A stretch of DNA of 64,000 nt from Longimicrobiales bacterium (GCA_965226375.1 CBDDCX010000007.1:320001-384000), one strand, 5' to 3'. Shown: positions 11,801 to 21,334, counted from the first letter of the stretch. The notes: a model not told the origin generated them from the letters alone. Numbers and translations are program-made.

Positions 11801-12415
11801 ATGATCTTCCGCATGCCGTTCGGGATCATCATGACGGGCGTGGGGATCATTTCTCTCGCCGGGATCGTGGTGAACAACGCGATCATCCTGATCGACTACA
11901 TCGATACTCTGCGTACCAGAGACGGTATGGATCGGCACGAGGCACTGGTCCGGGGTGGTCACGTGCGATTCCGGCCGGTGGTCTTGACGGCGATTACTAC
12001 GGCACTGGGCCTGGTTCCGTTGGCGATCGGGCTGAACTTCGACTTCTTCGGGCTCTACACGACCCTCCAACCCGAGCTCTATTGGGGTGGCGAGCAAGCG
12101 GCTTGGTGGGGTCCGATGGCGATTGCTGTCATCGTTGGTATCCTGTTCGCGACCTTCCTGACGTTGATTTTGGTCCCGGTGCTTTACTCCCTGGTCGATG
12201 ACCTGACCGACTTCCTGACGCGGCATTACACGCACACGCTGGATGACCAGACGGAGGTCGAAGACGAGCCGGAGACTTCCTACCATGTCGCCGAGGGCGA
12301 TTGGGCACCGGTGAGCGCTGGCCACTCGGTTCCGGAGCCGGCAACTGCACGCTCGGAGCGGGTCCAGCCGCGTGCTTTGGGGTCCACAGGCGGGCTCACG
12401 CCTCAGCCCGAGTAG
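8831..12415 (+). CDS. RND efflux permease (AcrB/AcrD/AcrF family)
   Basis: GMLVDNAIVVVENI, GIVVNNAIILID, RFRPVVLTAITT; two periplasmic loops. Confidence 0.95.
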   Translation: MIKPTDGPEDGPEDGPMDPRQDAGFLARFKEFKATSLAVDYQTSVLVLLAFITVAGLAAYRSIPRESFPEIEIPMIAVNTIYVGVSPADIESLVTRPLEDELSTISDIKELTSTSVEGYSSIVAEFETTVNLDEALQKVREKVDLAKPDLPTEAEDPSIVEFDFSEFPVMQVNLSGEYGVVRLKEIAEDLQDRLEQIPSVLRADVRGGLESEVKVDVHLDRLQFYGLAITDVIDAIRDENVNIPGGSIDVGSLKYLVRVDGEFDDPLVIEDIVVSTKADRPIYVRDIADVDFGFKERESYARLDRAQVVTLDVVKRSGQNIIETAELVKGVIRDMEPEFPPTTVVKITSDQSVQIANMVSSLENNIISGLILIIGVLLFFLGAGNSVFVAISIPTSMLLSFVILQLTGTTLNMVVLFSLILALGMLVDNAIVVVENIYRYVEEGWDRRVAAKKATGEVAMPVIAATLTTLAAFAPLLFWPGQVGEFMKFMPSTLIIALSSSLFVALIIVPTLCAMFLRLEDDPAPPLTPAARWTFIVAGALLLLSFASKNLLTAGMIAGTVVLLWGLNHYVTARLAKRFQASVLPRVLTVYEGQLRWSLDHRATVILGSVAGLVVTLMLFARFNAGVEYFPEDMPPKEILVDIDLPVGSRAEATDAIARRLESEILVVPGISDAKSVVATVGGGGGSAMMGGGASGPDAGRLTVSMVEFADQEYDAFDLLAALQTSLGTDIAGAEITVDQMEEGPSQGAPVNIEIIGEDAGTLKDLSDRVLAILQDDPVYEKLVGLESDLDEARPELSVAVDREKAALYGVSSRDVGMAIRGAIQGIEAAKYRTGNDEYDIVVRLAEKYRGELESLRDLTVMNEGTQIPLLSVASWEVADGYGSIRRKDQTRMATISSDVRAGLNSNAVLGEVRQVLADFATHELPVGYRLQYTGQSQDQDEAAAFLRNAFLGAVMLIGLILVTQFNSVVKPVIILTSVFMSTAGVFLGLMIFRMPFGIIMTGVGIISLAGIVVNNAIILIDYIDTLRTRDGMDRHEALVRGGHVRFRPVVLTAITTALGLVPLAIGLNFDFFGLYTTLQPELYWGGEQAAWWGPMAIAVIVGILFATFLTLILVPVLYSLVDDLTDFLTRHYTHTLDDQTEVEDEPETSYHVAEGDWAPVSAGHSVPEPATARSERVQPRALGSTGGLTPQPE

Positions 12416-12584
12416 CTTCTGACGCATGGCGACACAGGCGGCAGCCGTGGAGGAGCCGTCCAACGTTTGGGACCGGGACTGTGTCCACATGAGTAGTCAG
12501 GCGATGTTCAACTGCGCACGTGCAGAGTGTCCTATACAGACTCGGGCCTCGATGCTCAGGGTTGATCGATAGATCGGGAGAGGG

Positions 12585-13928
12585 ATGAGCCGCGGAAGTG
12601 TGAAAATTCCAGTCCACCCGCCCACCGAAACGTCTGATATGTTTCGCTGTGCCATGCTCGGCACTGCGGCGCTCCTGACTCTCGTGTCAGGACCCTCACG
12701 CATCCGGGCCCAAGAACCGGCCGACACGGGTGTAGCACAGGGTCAGAGGGCCCTGCGGGTCTTTTTCGACTGCTCGGGCCGCAACTGCAACTCTACCTAT
12801 TACCGCACCGAGATCGACTGGGTGAATTGGGTACGAGATCGCACGCTCGCGCAGGTCCATCTCATCATGACCAGCCAGACCAACGCGAGCGGCGGTAGGG
12901 AGTACGGATTCGACTTCATCGGGCTGCAGGAACTCGAGGGGCAGGATGACGCGCTGATCTATGCGTCCCTGGGATCGGACACCTCCGAGGAGAACTGGAG
13001 GGGCATCTCACAGGTCATAGCGGTCGGTCTCGCCCGGTACTCGGTGTTGGCGGGGAGCGGAGAGGGGCTGGAGGTGCAGCGATCGGGTGAATCGCGTGAC
13101 CTCACGGATCGTTTGGTGACCGGTGACGAGGTGGAGGATCCCTGGGACTTCTGGGTCTTCAACGTCGGCCTGAACGGCAACTACGAAGAGGAATCCTCTG
13201 AGGACGAAGTGAGGATCAGGGGTAACATGTCGGCGAGCCGGACCACGACCACCTGGAAATTCCGCCTGAGTGGCTTCGGCAGTTACTCGAGAGAAAACCT
13301 ACAGCTCAGTGATAGCTCCACGGTGGTGGACACTCGCAGCAACTGGAATCTGAACCAGGAGATCGTCTACGCTCTGGCCGACCATTGGTCCGTGGCCTTC
13401 GAATCCCGAGCCAGCGCCTCCACCCGGTCGAATCAGGACTTCGGCATGGAGGTCGGGCCCGGAATCGAGTACAGCTTTTGGCCCTACGAGGAGGCTCCTC
13501 GGCGTTCGCTGACGGCGACCTACCGCGTCAGCGTCCAGTACTTCGACTGGGAAGAAGTGACGCAATTCCGCAAGACCACCGAGACACGCCCGGGGCAGGA
13601 TCTCGAGATAAGGCTCTTTCAACGACAGACGTGGGGTGACTCCTGGCTCCGTCTGGAGGCTTTGTCTTTCCTCGACAACTTCGAGCAGAACTCGATCGAG
13701 CTGAACGGGAATGTCAGCATCCGGATCTTCCGCGGTCTCCGGTTCAACCTGGGAGGTGGGTGGGAGCGGATCCGCGACCAGATCTTTCTGCCGCTCGGGG
13801 ACCTCACCGATGAAGAGATCCTGCTCGGCCAGCGCGAACGAGCCAGTGAGTACGAGTTCAACATCCGGGCCGGCTTCAGCTATCAGTTCGGCTCCATCTT
13901 CAACAACGTGGTGAACAACCGCTTCTGA
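12585..13928 (+). CDS. Putative outer-membrane beta-barrel protein of unknown function
   Basis: Signal-like segment, FFDC..NC N-terminal domain, alternating beta strands, C-terminal FGSIFNNVVNNRF ending in Phe. Confidence 0.7.
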   Translation: MSRGSVKIPVHPPTETSDMFRCAMLGTAALLTLVSGPSRIRAQEPADTGVAQGQRALRVFFDCSGRNCNSTYYRTEIDWVNWVRDRTLAQVHLIMTSQTNASGGREYGFDFIGLQELEGQDDALIYASLGSDTSEENWRGISQVIAVGLARYSVLAGSGEGLEVQRSGESRDLTDRLVTGDEVEDPWDFWVFNVGLNGNYEEESSEDEVRIRGNMSASRTTTTWKFRLSGFGSYSRENLQLSDSSTVVDTRSNWNLNQEIVYALADHWSVAFESRASASTRSNQDFGMEVGPGIEYSFWPYEEAPRRSLTATYRVSVQYFDWEEVTQFRKTTETRPGQDLEIRLFQRQTWGDSWLRLEALSFLDNFEQNSIELNGNVSIRIFRGLRFNLGGGWERIRDQIFLPLGDLTDEEILLGQRERASEYEFNIRAGFSYQFGSIFNNVVNNRF

Positions 13929-14078
13929 TTGTGCTCCTGCGGGGCCGTTCGGCATCCGCCCCGGGGGGCAGGGCCTACCTGTACGTCGGCTCGGCGTTCG
14001 CTTATGATGCGCCGCTCGCGGACGTGACCGGCTGGTTCGATGGCCGAGGCACATCCGGGACACGACCGAGAGCCGATC

Positions 14079-14120
14079 TACCCTAAGCCGTCATACCCGA
14101 AGCCGTCATACCCGAAGCCG
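14079..14120 (+). repeat. 15-bp tandem repeat (TACCCGAAGCCGTCA), about 2.8 copies
   Basis: taccctaagccgtca tacccgaagccgtca tacccgaagccg read directly. Confidence 0.85.
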
Positions 14121-14127
14121 GAGCGAC

Positions 14128-15681
14128 ATGGAGAGCCACACGCTGTCGGGCCCCAAGGCCGACGCGCCCATAGGGGCAATGCCCGTATGGGCGAAAGTCG
14201 TGGATCACACTCGCTGTATCGGTTGCCACGCCTGCACGACGGCATGTAAGTCGGAGAACGACGTCCCGCTGTCCGTGACCCGGACGTACGTGAAATACGT
14301 GGATGTCGGCCAGTATCCCCAGACGCGACGGTCCTTTCAGGTCACTCGGTGTAACCAGTGTGCCGACGCTCCTTGCGTCACGGCCTGCCCCACCTCTGCC
14401 ATGTACGCGCGTCCGGACGGGATCGTCGACTTCGACAAGTCGATCTGTATCGGCTGCAAGGCATGCATGGCCGCCTGCCCGTACGACGCCATCTTCATCA
14501 ACCCGGTGGACCATTCGGCTGAGAAGTGCAACTTCTGCGCTCATCGCATCGACATGGGCTTGGAGCCGGCCTGTGTCGTGGTCTGCCCCACGGAGGCGAT
14601 CCTGGTAGGAGACCTTACCGATCCCGCTTCCGCGGTCAACCAGATCGTCAATCGGGACGCCGTCACCGTGCGACGCCCCGAGAAGGGGACGCGTCCCAAG
14701 CTCTACTACAAGGGTGCGGATCAGGTCACGCTCGATCCCCTGGCGGCTCGAAGGCCCGAAGGCGGGTTGTTCATGTGGAGCGAACAGGGAGATGTGTCAC
14801 ATCAGGTACCTGCTGGGCATCCGGGTCCCTGGAACAGCTCCGCCGCAGCGGTGCTGTCGTACGACGTGCTGCATCGTGCGCCCTGGGACTGGCGTGTCAG
14901 CTTCTACACCTGGACCAAGTCGGTAGCGGCAGGTGCGTACCTCGTGCCGCTGCTGCTCATCCTGGTGGGTCTGCTCTCGGGAACCAGCTCGTTATGGAGC
15001 TTCGGCGCTCCCGTGGTGGGGCTGGCGTTCCTTGCGGTGACGGGCGCGCTCCTCATTTGGGATCTGGAGCATCCGGAGCGGTTCTACATGATCTTCACCC
15101 GACCCCAGTGGCGAAGTTGGCTGGTCCGGGGCGGGGTCATCATCGGAGGGTACGGGGCGGTGCTGGTGCTCCACCTCGGAGCCGAGGTAACTGGCCGGTC
15201 GGGGGTCGCGGGGCGTCTGGCTTGGGCGGGCGGGCCGCTTGCCGCAATGACCGCGGTCTACACGGCCTACCTGTTCGCCCAGGCCAAGGCTCGCGACCTG
15301 TGGCAGAATCCGCTCTTGCCGCCACACCTCTTGATCCAGTGCCTGATGGCGGGGGCGGGGGTCATGTCACTTCTGGCCCCCATTTGGGACGGATCAGCGA
15401 CCGGACTGCTCCGCCTCTGTTTTGCTGGCGCTACGGTAGTACATCTCCTCATGGTGGCGGGCGAAGTGACACTCCCTCACGTCAGTGCTCACGCACGGCT
15501 CGCGGTGTTCGAGATGACGCGCGGACGGTTCAGCCGATGGTTCTGGGTCGGAACGATTTTCTCCGTAGTCGGCTTGTTGGCACCCTGGACAGGGGGGGCC
15601 GTGGTGGCTCTCGGACTCCTTGGCCTCGCGGCTTACGAGCACGCATATGTCCAGGCTGGTCAAGCGGTTCCTCTGGCATAG
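14128..15681 (+). CDS. Four-cluster 4Fe-4S protein fused to an NrfD/PsrC-type membrane anchor
   Basis: CIGCHACTTAC, CNQC..APCVTACP, CIGCKACMAACP, KCNFC..PACVVVCP, then W..VSFY, DLEHPERF, SWLVRG and about 8 TM helices; start may be ATG 14179. Confidence 0.9.
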   Translation: MESHTLSGPKADAPIGAMPVWAKVVDHTRCIGCHACTTACKSENDVPLSVTRTYVKYVDVGQYPQTRRSFQVTRCNQCADAPCVTACPTSAMYARPDGIVDFDKSICIGCKACMAACPYDAIFINPVDHSAEKCNFCAHRIDMGLEPACVVVCPTEAILVGDLTDPASAVNQIVNRDAVTVRRPEKGTRPKLYYKGADQVTLDPLAARRPEGGLFMWSEQGDVSHQVPAGHPGPWNSSAAAVLSYDVLHRAPWDWRVSFYTWTKSVAAGAYLVPLLLILVGLLSGTSSLWSFGAPVVGLAFLAVTGALLIWDLEHPERFYMIFTRPQWRSWLVRGGVIIGGYGAVLVLHLGAEVTGRSGVAGRLAWAGGPLAAMTAVYTAYLFAQAKARDLWQNPLLPPHLLIQCLMAGAGVMSLLAPIWDGSATGLLRLCFAGATVVHLLMVAGEVTLPHVSAHARLAVFEMTRGRFSRWFWVGTIFSVVGLLAPWTGGAVVALGLLGLAAYEHAYVQAGQAVPLA

Positions 15682-15709
15682 CTAATTGATTAACCAGTAA
15701 AGATTTAGG

Positions 15710-18628
15710 TTGATGAACTTAAACGACCTTAATAAGCGTGTCTCGGCAGCCCGGGCTGAAGTGGAAGCTCGCGGAGAGACGTTCTATCCGGGTCCCAGTC
15801 GAATCCATTTGTCGGCATTCCCTCCCAAGGAGCGATGGAACGATTGGGTGGAGCTCGACTCCTCCGCATGGCCGGCCCGAGTGGAGCGCCGTTACATGCT
15901 CGTGCCCACCACCTGCTTCAACTGCGAATCGGCATGTGGCCTCTTGGCCTACGTCGATCGGGAGACACTCGAAGTACGGAAGTTCGAGGGGAATCCCGAA
16001 CATCCGGGATCACGGGGCAGGAACTGTGCCAAGGGCCCGGCCACCCTGAACCAGGTCACGGATCCGGATCGGATCCTCCATCCCCTCAAGCGTGCCGGGA
16101 GGCGCGGTGAGGGGAAGTGGGAGCGCGTGAGCTGGGATGAGGCGTTGGACGTGCTAGCGGAGCGCATTCGTGCTGCGCTGACGAGCGGTCGCGCCAACGA
16201 GGTCATGTACCATGTCGGACGTCCGGGCGAGGCCGGGTTCGCCAACAAGGTACTGTCCGCCTGGGGGGTGGACGGACACAACTCCCATACAAACATCTGC
16301 TCGTCCGGGGCCAGGGTCGGGTTCAATTTGTGGGTCGGATCGGACCGGCCGAGCCCGGATTTCGAGCACGCAAAAGTCATCTTCCTCATCTCCAGTCACC
16401 TGGAGACCGGGCACTACTTCAATCCTCACGCCCAGCGGATCATCGAGGCTCGCCAGGGTGGCGCCAAGGTCATCGTCTTCGACACCCGTCTGTCGAACAC
16501 GGCCACGCACGCCGATCACTACATCGCGCCCTATCCGGGCTCTGAGGCGGCGATCAACTTGGCCATCGCCAACCACCTCATCCAGAACGACCTGTACAAT
16601 CGGGAGTTCGTTCGTCGTTGGTGGAATTGGCGTGAGTATCTCGAGGCCCGGCACCCGACGGAAGAACCTACCTTCGAGCATTTCGAGAAGGTGTTGAAGG
16701 AGCTATACGCTGAATACACGTTCGAATACGCGGGCGCAGAGTCGGGGGTGGAGCCGAGCGCTCTCCAGGGCGTGGCGGAGGCGGTGGCCAAGGCGGGTAC
16801 CCGGCTCTCCGCGCACACTTGGCGGAGTGCCGCGTCCGGCAACCTGGGTGGATGGCAGGTCGCGCGCACGCTCTACATGCTGTGCGCCCTCACCGGCTCC
16901 GTGGCAACGGAAGGCGGGACGCATCCGGCAGCGTGGAACAAGTTCACTCCCAAGCCCATCTACAACCCCCCGGGTCCGCCCGAGTGGAACGAGCTGCTGT
17001 GGCCGCGGGAGTACCCGCTCGCCTATCACGAGATGTCTATTCTGCTCCCGCATTTTCTTCTGGAGGGCAGAGGGAAACTCGACACCTACTTCACCCGGGT
17101 CTACAACCCCGTATGGACCAACCCCGACGGCTTCGCCTGGATCGAGGCCCTGACGGACGAAGCGCTTGTGGGAATGCATGTAGCCCTGACACCTACCTGG
17201 AACGAAACTGCCCAGTACGCGGACTATATTCTCCCGATGGGCCTCGGCTCCGAGCGGCACGACGTGCACTCCTACGAGCAATACGACGGCCAGTGGGTGG
17301 GATTCCGGCAGCCCGTGCTTCGAGTGGCCAGAGAGCGCCTGGGTGAGCACCTCGACGATACCCGGGAGGCCAATCCGGGCGAGGTCTGGGAGGAGAACGA
17401 GTTCTGGATGGAGCTCTCCTGGCGCATCGATCCAGATGGAACCCTCGGCGTGCGACAGTACTTCGAGTCGAAGAAGGAGCCCGGGAAGCCTCTCTCAGTG
17501 GACGAGTACTATGGGTGGATGTTCAACCATTCGGTGCCTGGCCTGCCAGAGGCTGCGGCCAAAGAAGGACTTACCCCGCTCCAGTACATGCGGCGTTATG
17601 GGGCGTTCGAGGTCCGCCGCAAGGTAGGAGCGCTCTACGAGGAAGAGGTGCCGGAAGACGAGCTGGACGGCATCGGTACCGACCGACTCGGCAGGGTATT
17701 CAGTCGGGCCGACAAGCCGTCCACGCCCCATACCGTTACCGCTCCCAAGGCACCGGATGATGGAGAGGGGCGCCGGTGTGTCGGCGTCATGATGGACGAT
17801 TCGGTGAGACGCGGGTTCCCCACGCCGTCGGGGCGACTGGAGTTCTACTCGACCACGTTGGAGGCCTGGGGTTGGCCTGAGCTGGCCCTGCCCGGATACA
17901 TCAAGAGCCATATCCATCGCCAGAACCTGGCCGGCGATCAGATGGTTCTGCTGCCGACCTTCAGGGTACCGGTGCAAATCCACACGCGCAGCGGAAACTC
18001 CAAGTGGCTCGACGAAATCGCCCACACCAACCCGCTTTGGATCCATCCGCGCGACGCCGCACCCCACGGAGTGGCTACGGGTGATCTGATGCGGGTCGAG
18101 ACGGACCTGGGCCACTTCGTTCTGAAGGCGTGGGTGACTGAAGCGATCAAGCCCGGCGTGGTGGCGTGCAGCCATCACATGGGTCGTTGGAAGATCCAGC
18201 CCGAAGGGCAACGGCAGGTTACGGCCGCCGTCTCGTTGGATCGGTCCGGCAACCAGTGGTCCATGCGGCGGACCGGAGGTGCGGGTCCCTACGCCTCGAC
18301 GGATGCGGACACGAGCCGTATCTGGTGGGCCGACATCGGGGTCAATCAGAATCTCACCTTTCCCGTACATCCCGATCCGATCTCCGGGATGCACTGTTGG
18401 CACCAGGCGGTGCGGGTCCGGAAGGCCGAGCCGGGGGAGCACGCCGGCGACATTCGGGTCGACACGACCCGGTCTCGTGAGATATTCAGGGAGTGGCTGG
18501 AGCTGACCCGCCCGGCCGACGAGGTGAGCCCGGACGGCACACGTCGGCCCGGATGGTTCGACCGACCCCTGCGCCCGCAACCTGATGCATACCGGCTACC
18601 CGGATCGGAGGCGGACGACGCGACATGA
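15710..18628 (+). CDS. Molybdopterin (bis-MGD) oxidoreductase catalytic subunit, DMSO-reductase superfamily, no Tat signal
   Basis: TCFNCESACG..NCAKG (FS0), RILHPLKR..GEGKWERVSWDEAL, HTNICSS, ETAQYADYILP, C-terminal HTRSGN..LWIHPRDA binding domain. Confidence 0.92.
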   Translation: MMNLNDLNKRVSAARAEVEARGETFYPGPSRIHLSAFPPKERWNDWVELDSSAWPARVERRYMLVPTTCFNCESACGLLAYVDRETLEVRKFEGNPEHPGSRGRNCAKGPATLNQVTDPDRILHPLKRAGRRGEGKWERVSWDEALDVLAERIRAALTSGRANEVMYHVGRPGEAGFANKVLSAWGVDGHNSHTNICSSGARVGFNLWVGSDRPSPDFEHAKVIFLISSHLETGHYFNPHAQRIIEARQGGAKVIVFDTRLSNTATHADHYIAPYPGSEAAINLAIANHLIQNDLYNREFVRRWWNWREYLEARHPTEEPTFEHFEKVLKELYAEYTFEYAGAESGVEPSALQGVAEAVAKAGTRLSAHTWRSAASGNLGGWQVARTLYMLCALTGSVATEGGTHPAAWNKFTPKPIYNPPGPPEWNELLWPREYPLAYHEMSILLPHFLLEGRGKLDTYFTRVYNPVWTNPDGFAWIEALTDEALVGMHVALTPTWNETAQYADYILPMGLGSERHDVHSYEQYDGQWVGFRQPVLRVARERLGEHLDDTREANPGEVWEENEFWMELSWRIDPDGTLGVRQYFESKKEPGKPLSVDEYYGWMFNHSVPGLPEAAAKEGLTPLQYMRRYGAFEVRRKVGALYEEEVPEDELDGIGTDRLGRVFSRADKPSTPHTVTAPKAPDDGEGRRCVGVMMDDSVRRGFPTPSGRLEFYSTTLEAWGWPELALPGYIKSHIHRQNLAGDQMVLLPTFRVPVQIHTRSGNSKWLDEIAHTNPLWIHPRDAAPHGVATGDLMRVETDLGHFVLKAWVTEAIKPGVVACSHHMGRWKIQPEGQRQVTAAVSLDRSGNQWSMRRTGGAGPYASTDADTSRIWWADIGVNQNLTFPVHPDPISGMHCWHQAVRVRKAEPGEHAGDIRVDTTRSREIFREWLELTRPADEVSPDGTRRPGWFDRPLRPQPDAYRLPGSEADDAT

Positions 18629-18656
18629 TCGACCTGACTCACACCGAGGAGTGCGC

Positions 18657-19526
18657 GTGGAGTTGCTCCGGGCGCTAGGCGCCTTGGCGGAGCCGCCAGC
18701 CGAAGAACACGCCAAGCTCGCCGAAGTGCTCGGCCTACCCCGAGCGCCGGAACCGGCGACGCATGCCGATGTTTTTCTCATGCAGCTCCAACCCTACGCC
18801 TCGGTGTATCTCGGCAGCGAGGGTATGCTCGGTGGTGAAGCTCGGGACCGTGTGGCCGGGTTCTGGAGGGCCCTGCAACAGGCGCCCCCCGACGAGCCGG
18901 ATCACCTGAGTAGCCTGCTGGGGCTGGCGGCCAGTCTCGCCGATGCCGAGGCGGGCGAGAGCGACGAGGCTTCGGCCCGTCTGCTGCGCAACACCCGGGC
19001 GGCGCTGCTCTGGGAACACCTTCTTCCCTGGACTCCCGTGTTCCTTCGGCGCGTCGAGGAGCTGGGCGGCTCTTTCTATGGACCCTGGGCCGCTCTACTC
19101 CATGACGCGTTACGGTCTGAGATTGAAACGCTCGGTGTCTTGGGCGTGGCTCCCCGACATCTCGCGGAGGTCGCAGATCTGGCCGACCCGAGAGAGAATG
19201 GTGTCGAGGCGTTCCTGACCTCGCTTTTGGCTCCCGTGCGGAGTGGTCTCATACTGCTTCGTCTTGACCTGTCGCGCGCGGCCGATGATCTCGGATTGGG
19301 TCTCCGTACCGGTGAACGTCCGTTCGTCCTCAAGGGGCTTCTATCACAGGAACCCCGACAACTTCTTGCTTGGTTGGCCAGCGAGGCGCGCGGTCGGGCG
19401 GTCGCACACGAGGTAAGACTCGAGGGTCTGGGGCCGATCCGTGACCACTGGGTCGGTCGGGCGAATGCCACGGCCGATCTCTTGACATCGCTGGCCGCCC
19501 AAGCAGGAGTGGGGGCGCCGGCATGA
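18657..19526 (+). CDS. TorD/DmsD-family redox enzyme maturation chaperone
   Basis: PYASVYL, EPDHL, EHLLPW..F motifs; GAGGAG RBS before GTG. Confidence 0.85.
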   Translation: MELLRALGALAEPPAEEHAKLAEVLGLPRAPEPATHADVFLMQLQPYASVYLGSEGMLGGEARDRVAGFWRALQQAPPDEPDHLSSLLGLAASLADAEAGESDEASARLLRNTRAALLWEHLLPWTPVFLRRVEELGGSFYGPWAALLHDALRSEIETLGVLGVAPRHLAEVADLADPRENGVEAFLTSLLAPVRSGLILLRLDLSRAADDLGLGLRTGERPFVLKGLLSQEPRQLLAWLASEARGRAVAHEVRLEGLGPIRDHWVGRANATADLLTSLAAQAGVGAPA

Positions 19527-21043
19527 CGGCTTCTCAGAGGCTGTCGGCAAGGGATGTGGCGGCCGGCATCGGCGTGGCCCTCGTCTTGATTCCTCAGGCG
19601 ATTGCCTATGCGGAGTTGGCGGGTCTCCCTAGCCGGCATGGGCTGTTTGCGGCGGCTGTCGCCCCGATCGCGGCGGCGTTCTTCGCCTCGTCGCCATACC
19701 TGCAGACCGGTCCCGTGGCGTTGACGGCCCTCCTCACATTTGCGGCGCTCGTCCCCATAGCCGCGCCGGGGTCGATGGAGTACGTGAAGCTCGCGGCGCT
19801 CCTGGCTCTGGTCGTGGGTGTCGCGCGCGTATTGGTGGGTGCGCTCAAGACAGGCTGGATCTCTTACATGATGTCCAGGCCCATGCTGGAAGGGTTTACT
19901 TCTGGAGCGGCGCTCTTGATCATCGGCTCGCAGCTTCCCGGAGTAGCCGGCGTCGAGATTCCGAATGAGGGGGTGCTGCAGGGTGCGTTCACGATGCTCG
20001 CGCATCCCGGGTCCTGGGAGCCTGCGGCTCTGGTCCTCGGTGCCATGACTGTGGTGCTGATATTCGGCGGCCGCCGCATTCACCCGTTGGTCCCGGGAGT
20101 GCTCATCGCGACCGTGGTGGGTTTGACGTTTTCGGTTGTGACCGGGTATACGGGCCCGACCGTGGGTGATGTTCGAGTGGGTTTCCCCCTCCCGGACGTC
20201 GACCTTCCGTGGAGGAGCCTGCGAGTGCTAATCCTCCCTGGCTTCGTGATCGCCCTGGTAGGTTTTGCCGAGGCCGCTTCGATCTCGCGGGTCTATGCCA
20301 CCAAGGAGCGGATGTCCTGGAATCCAGACCGAGAATTCATCAGCCAGGGTGCGGCGAACGTGGCAGCGGGCCTCTTCGCAGGATTTCCGGTCGGTGGTTC
20401 CTTCTCCCGGACCAGCTTGAACTACCTTTCCGGGGCCCGCAGCAAGTGGAGCGGCGCCGTCACTGGACTCGGCGTGCTCCTGTTCCTACCGTTCGCTCAG
20501 GTTCTCTCCCCTTTGCCTAATGCGATTCTGAGCGCCATCGTCATCGCGGCGGTTGCCCCGCTCGTCCACCTGAGACTCCTCGCCTCACTCTGGAAGATGT
20601 CTTGGCCTCAGGCGGCGGTGGGCTGGATCACCTTCGTCTTGACCCTCTGGCTGGCGCCACACATCGAGCAGGCCGTGGTGCTGGGGATCCTGGCGTCCGT
20701 TGCGGTCCACATCTGGAGAGAACTGAGACCGGGTGTGGAATCGTGGACCGACGCTCAGGGGGTACATCTGGAACCACAGGGGGTGCTGTGGTTCGGATCT
20801 GCGGCCTACCTCGAGCAGGTGGCGTCGGAGCGCTTGTCCGAGGCAATCGAAGCCGATCGCTTGATCCTGCACCTCGAGGGTCTTGGGCGCATCGATGTGA
20901 CTGGAGCCCTGGCGCTGAAAGAGATCATAGAAGAGGCGAAGCGCGGCGGATCCACAGTGGAGTTGGTAGGTGTACCCGAACACGCAGAACGGATTCTCCA
21001 GGGAGTGCTCGATTGGTATCCATCAGGGGCAGCGAAACAATGA
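19523..21043 (+). CDS. SulP/SLC26 anion transporter with STAS domain
   Basis: IPQAIAYAELAG, GFTSGAA, GGSFSRTSLN, C-terminal STAS (LWFGSA, IDVTG). Confidence 0.93.
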   Translation: MTASQRLSARDVAAGIGVALVLIPQAIAYAELAGLPSRHGLFAAAVAPIAAAFFASSPYLQTGPVALTALLTFAALVPIAAPGSMEYVKLAALLALVVGVARVLVGALKTGWISYMMSRPMLEGFTSGAALLIIGSQLPGVAGVEIPNEGVLQGAFTMLAHPGSWEPAALVLGAMTVVLIFGGRRIHPLVPGVLIATVVGLTFSVVTGYTGPTVGDVRVGFPLPDVDLPWRSLRVLILPGFVIALVGFAEAASISRVYATKERMSWNPDREFISQGAANVAAGLFAGFPVGGSFSRTSLNYLSGARSKWSGAVTGLGVLLFLPFAQVLSPLPNAILSAIVIAAVAPLVHLRLLASLWKMSWPQAAVGWITFVLTLWLAPHIEQAVVLGILASVAVHIWRELRPGVESWTDAQGVHLEPQGVLWFGSAAYLEQVASERLSEAIEADRLILHLEGLGRIDVTGALALKEIIEEAKRGGSTVELVGVPEHAERILQGVLDWYPSGAAKQ

Positions 21044-21294
21044 GTCGACAATCCGAGGGGGCTGGATCGACACCTCTGTCGGTATCCGGGCCGACGCTTC
21101 GTTGGACGCTGATCGGAGCGGTGGGGGTCGGAGGCCTGTTCGCCGCTCTCAGCGTCTACCGCTCTGTGGCCAGTGGCGGACCCGCGATCCAGCATCTGAA
21201 TCCCATTGCCGTCATGACCGTCATCGGCGCTACGGTCGGTGGCCTCATCGGTCCGATGGTCGGAGTGGTAGTGGCACGTTTCCGTAACCGATGA
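21040..21294 (+). CDS. Small membrane protein (2 TM)
   Basis: ATGA overlap with the SulP stop; two Gly-rich hydrophobic helices. Confidence 0.55.
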   Translation: MSRQSEGAGSTPLSVSGPTLRWTLIGAVGVGGLFAALSVYRSVASGGPAIQHLNPIAVMTVIGATVGGLIGPMVGVVVARFRNR

Positions 21295-21334
21295 CGCTCG
21301 CCAATGCCGCCCCGCACGAGCCCGTGGACCGCCG

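Noticed and set aside
15710..18628. Calling the molybdoenzyme a formate dehydrogenase or a selenoenzyme
   Set aside because: No in-frame UGA, and the Cys ligand is followed by Ser rather than the His typical of Fdh (C/U-H).
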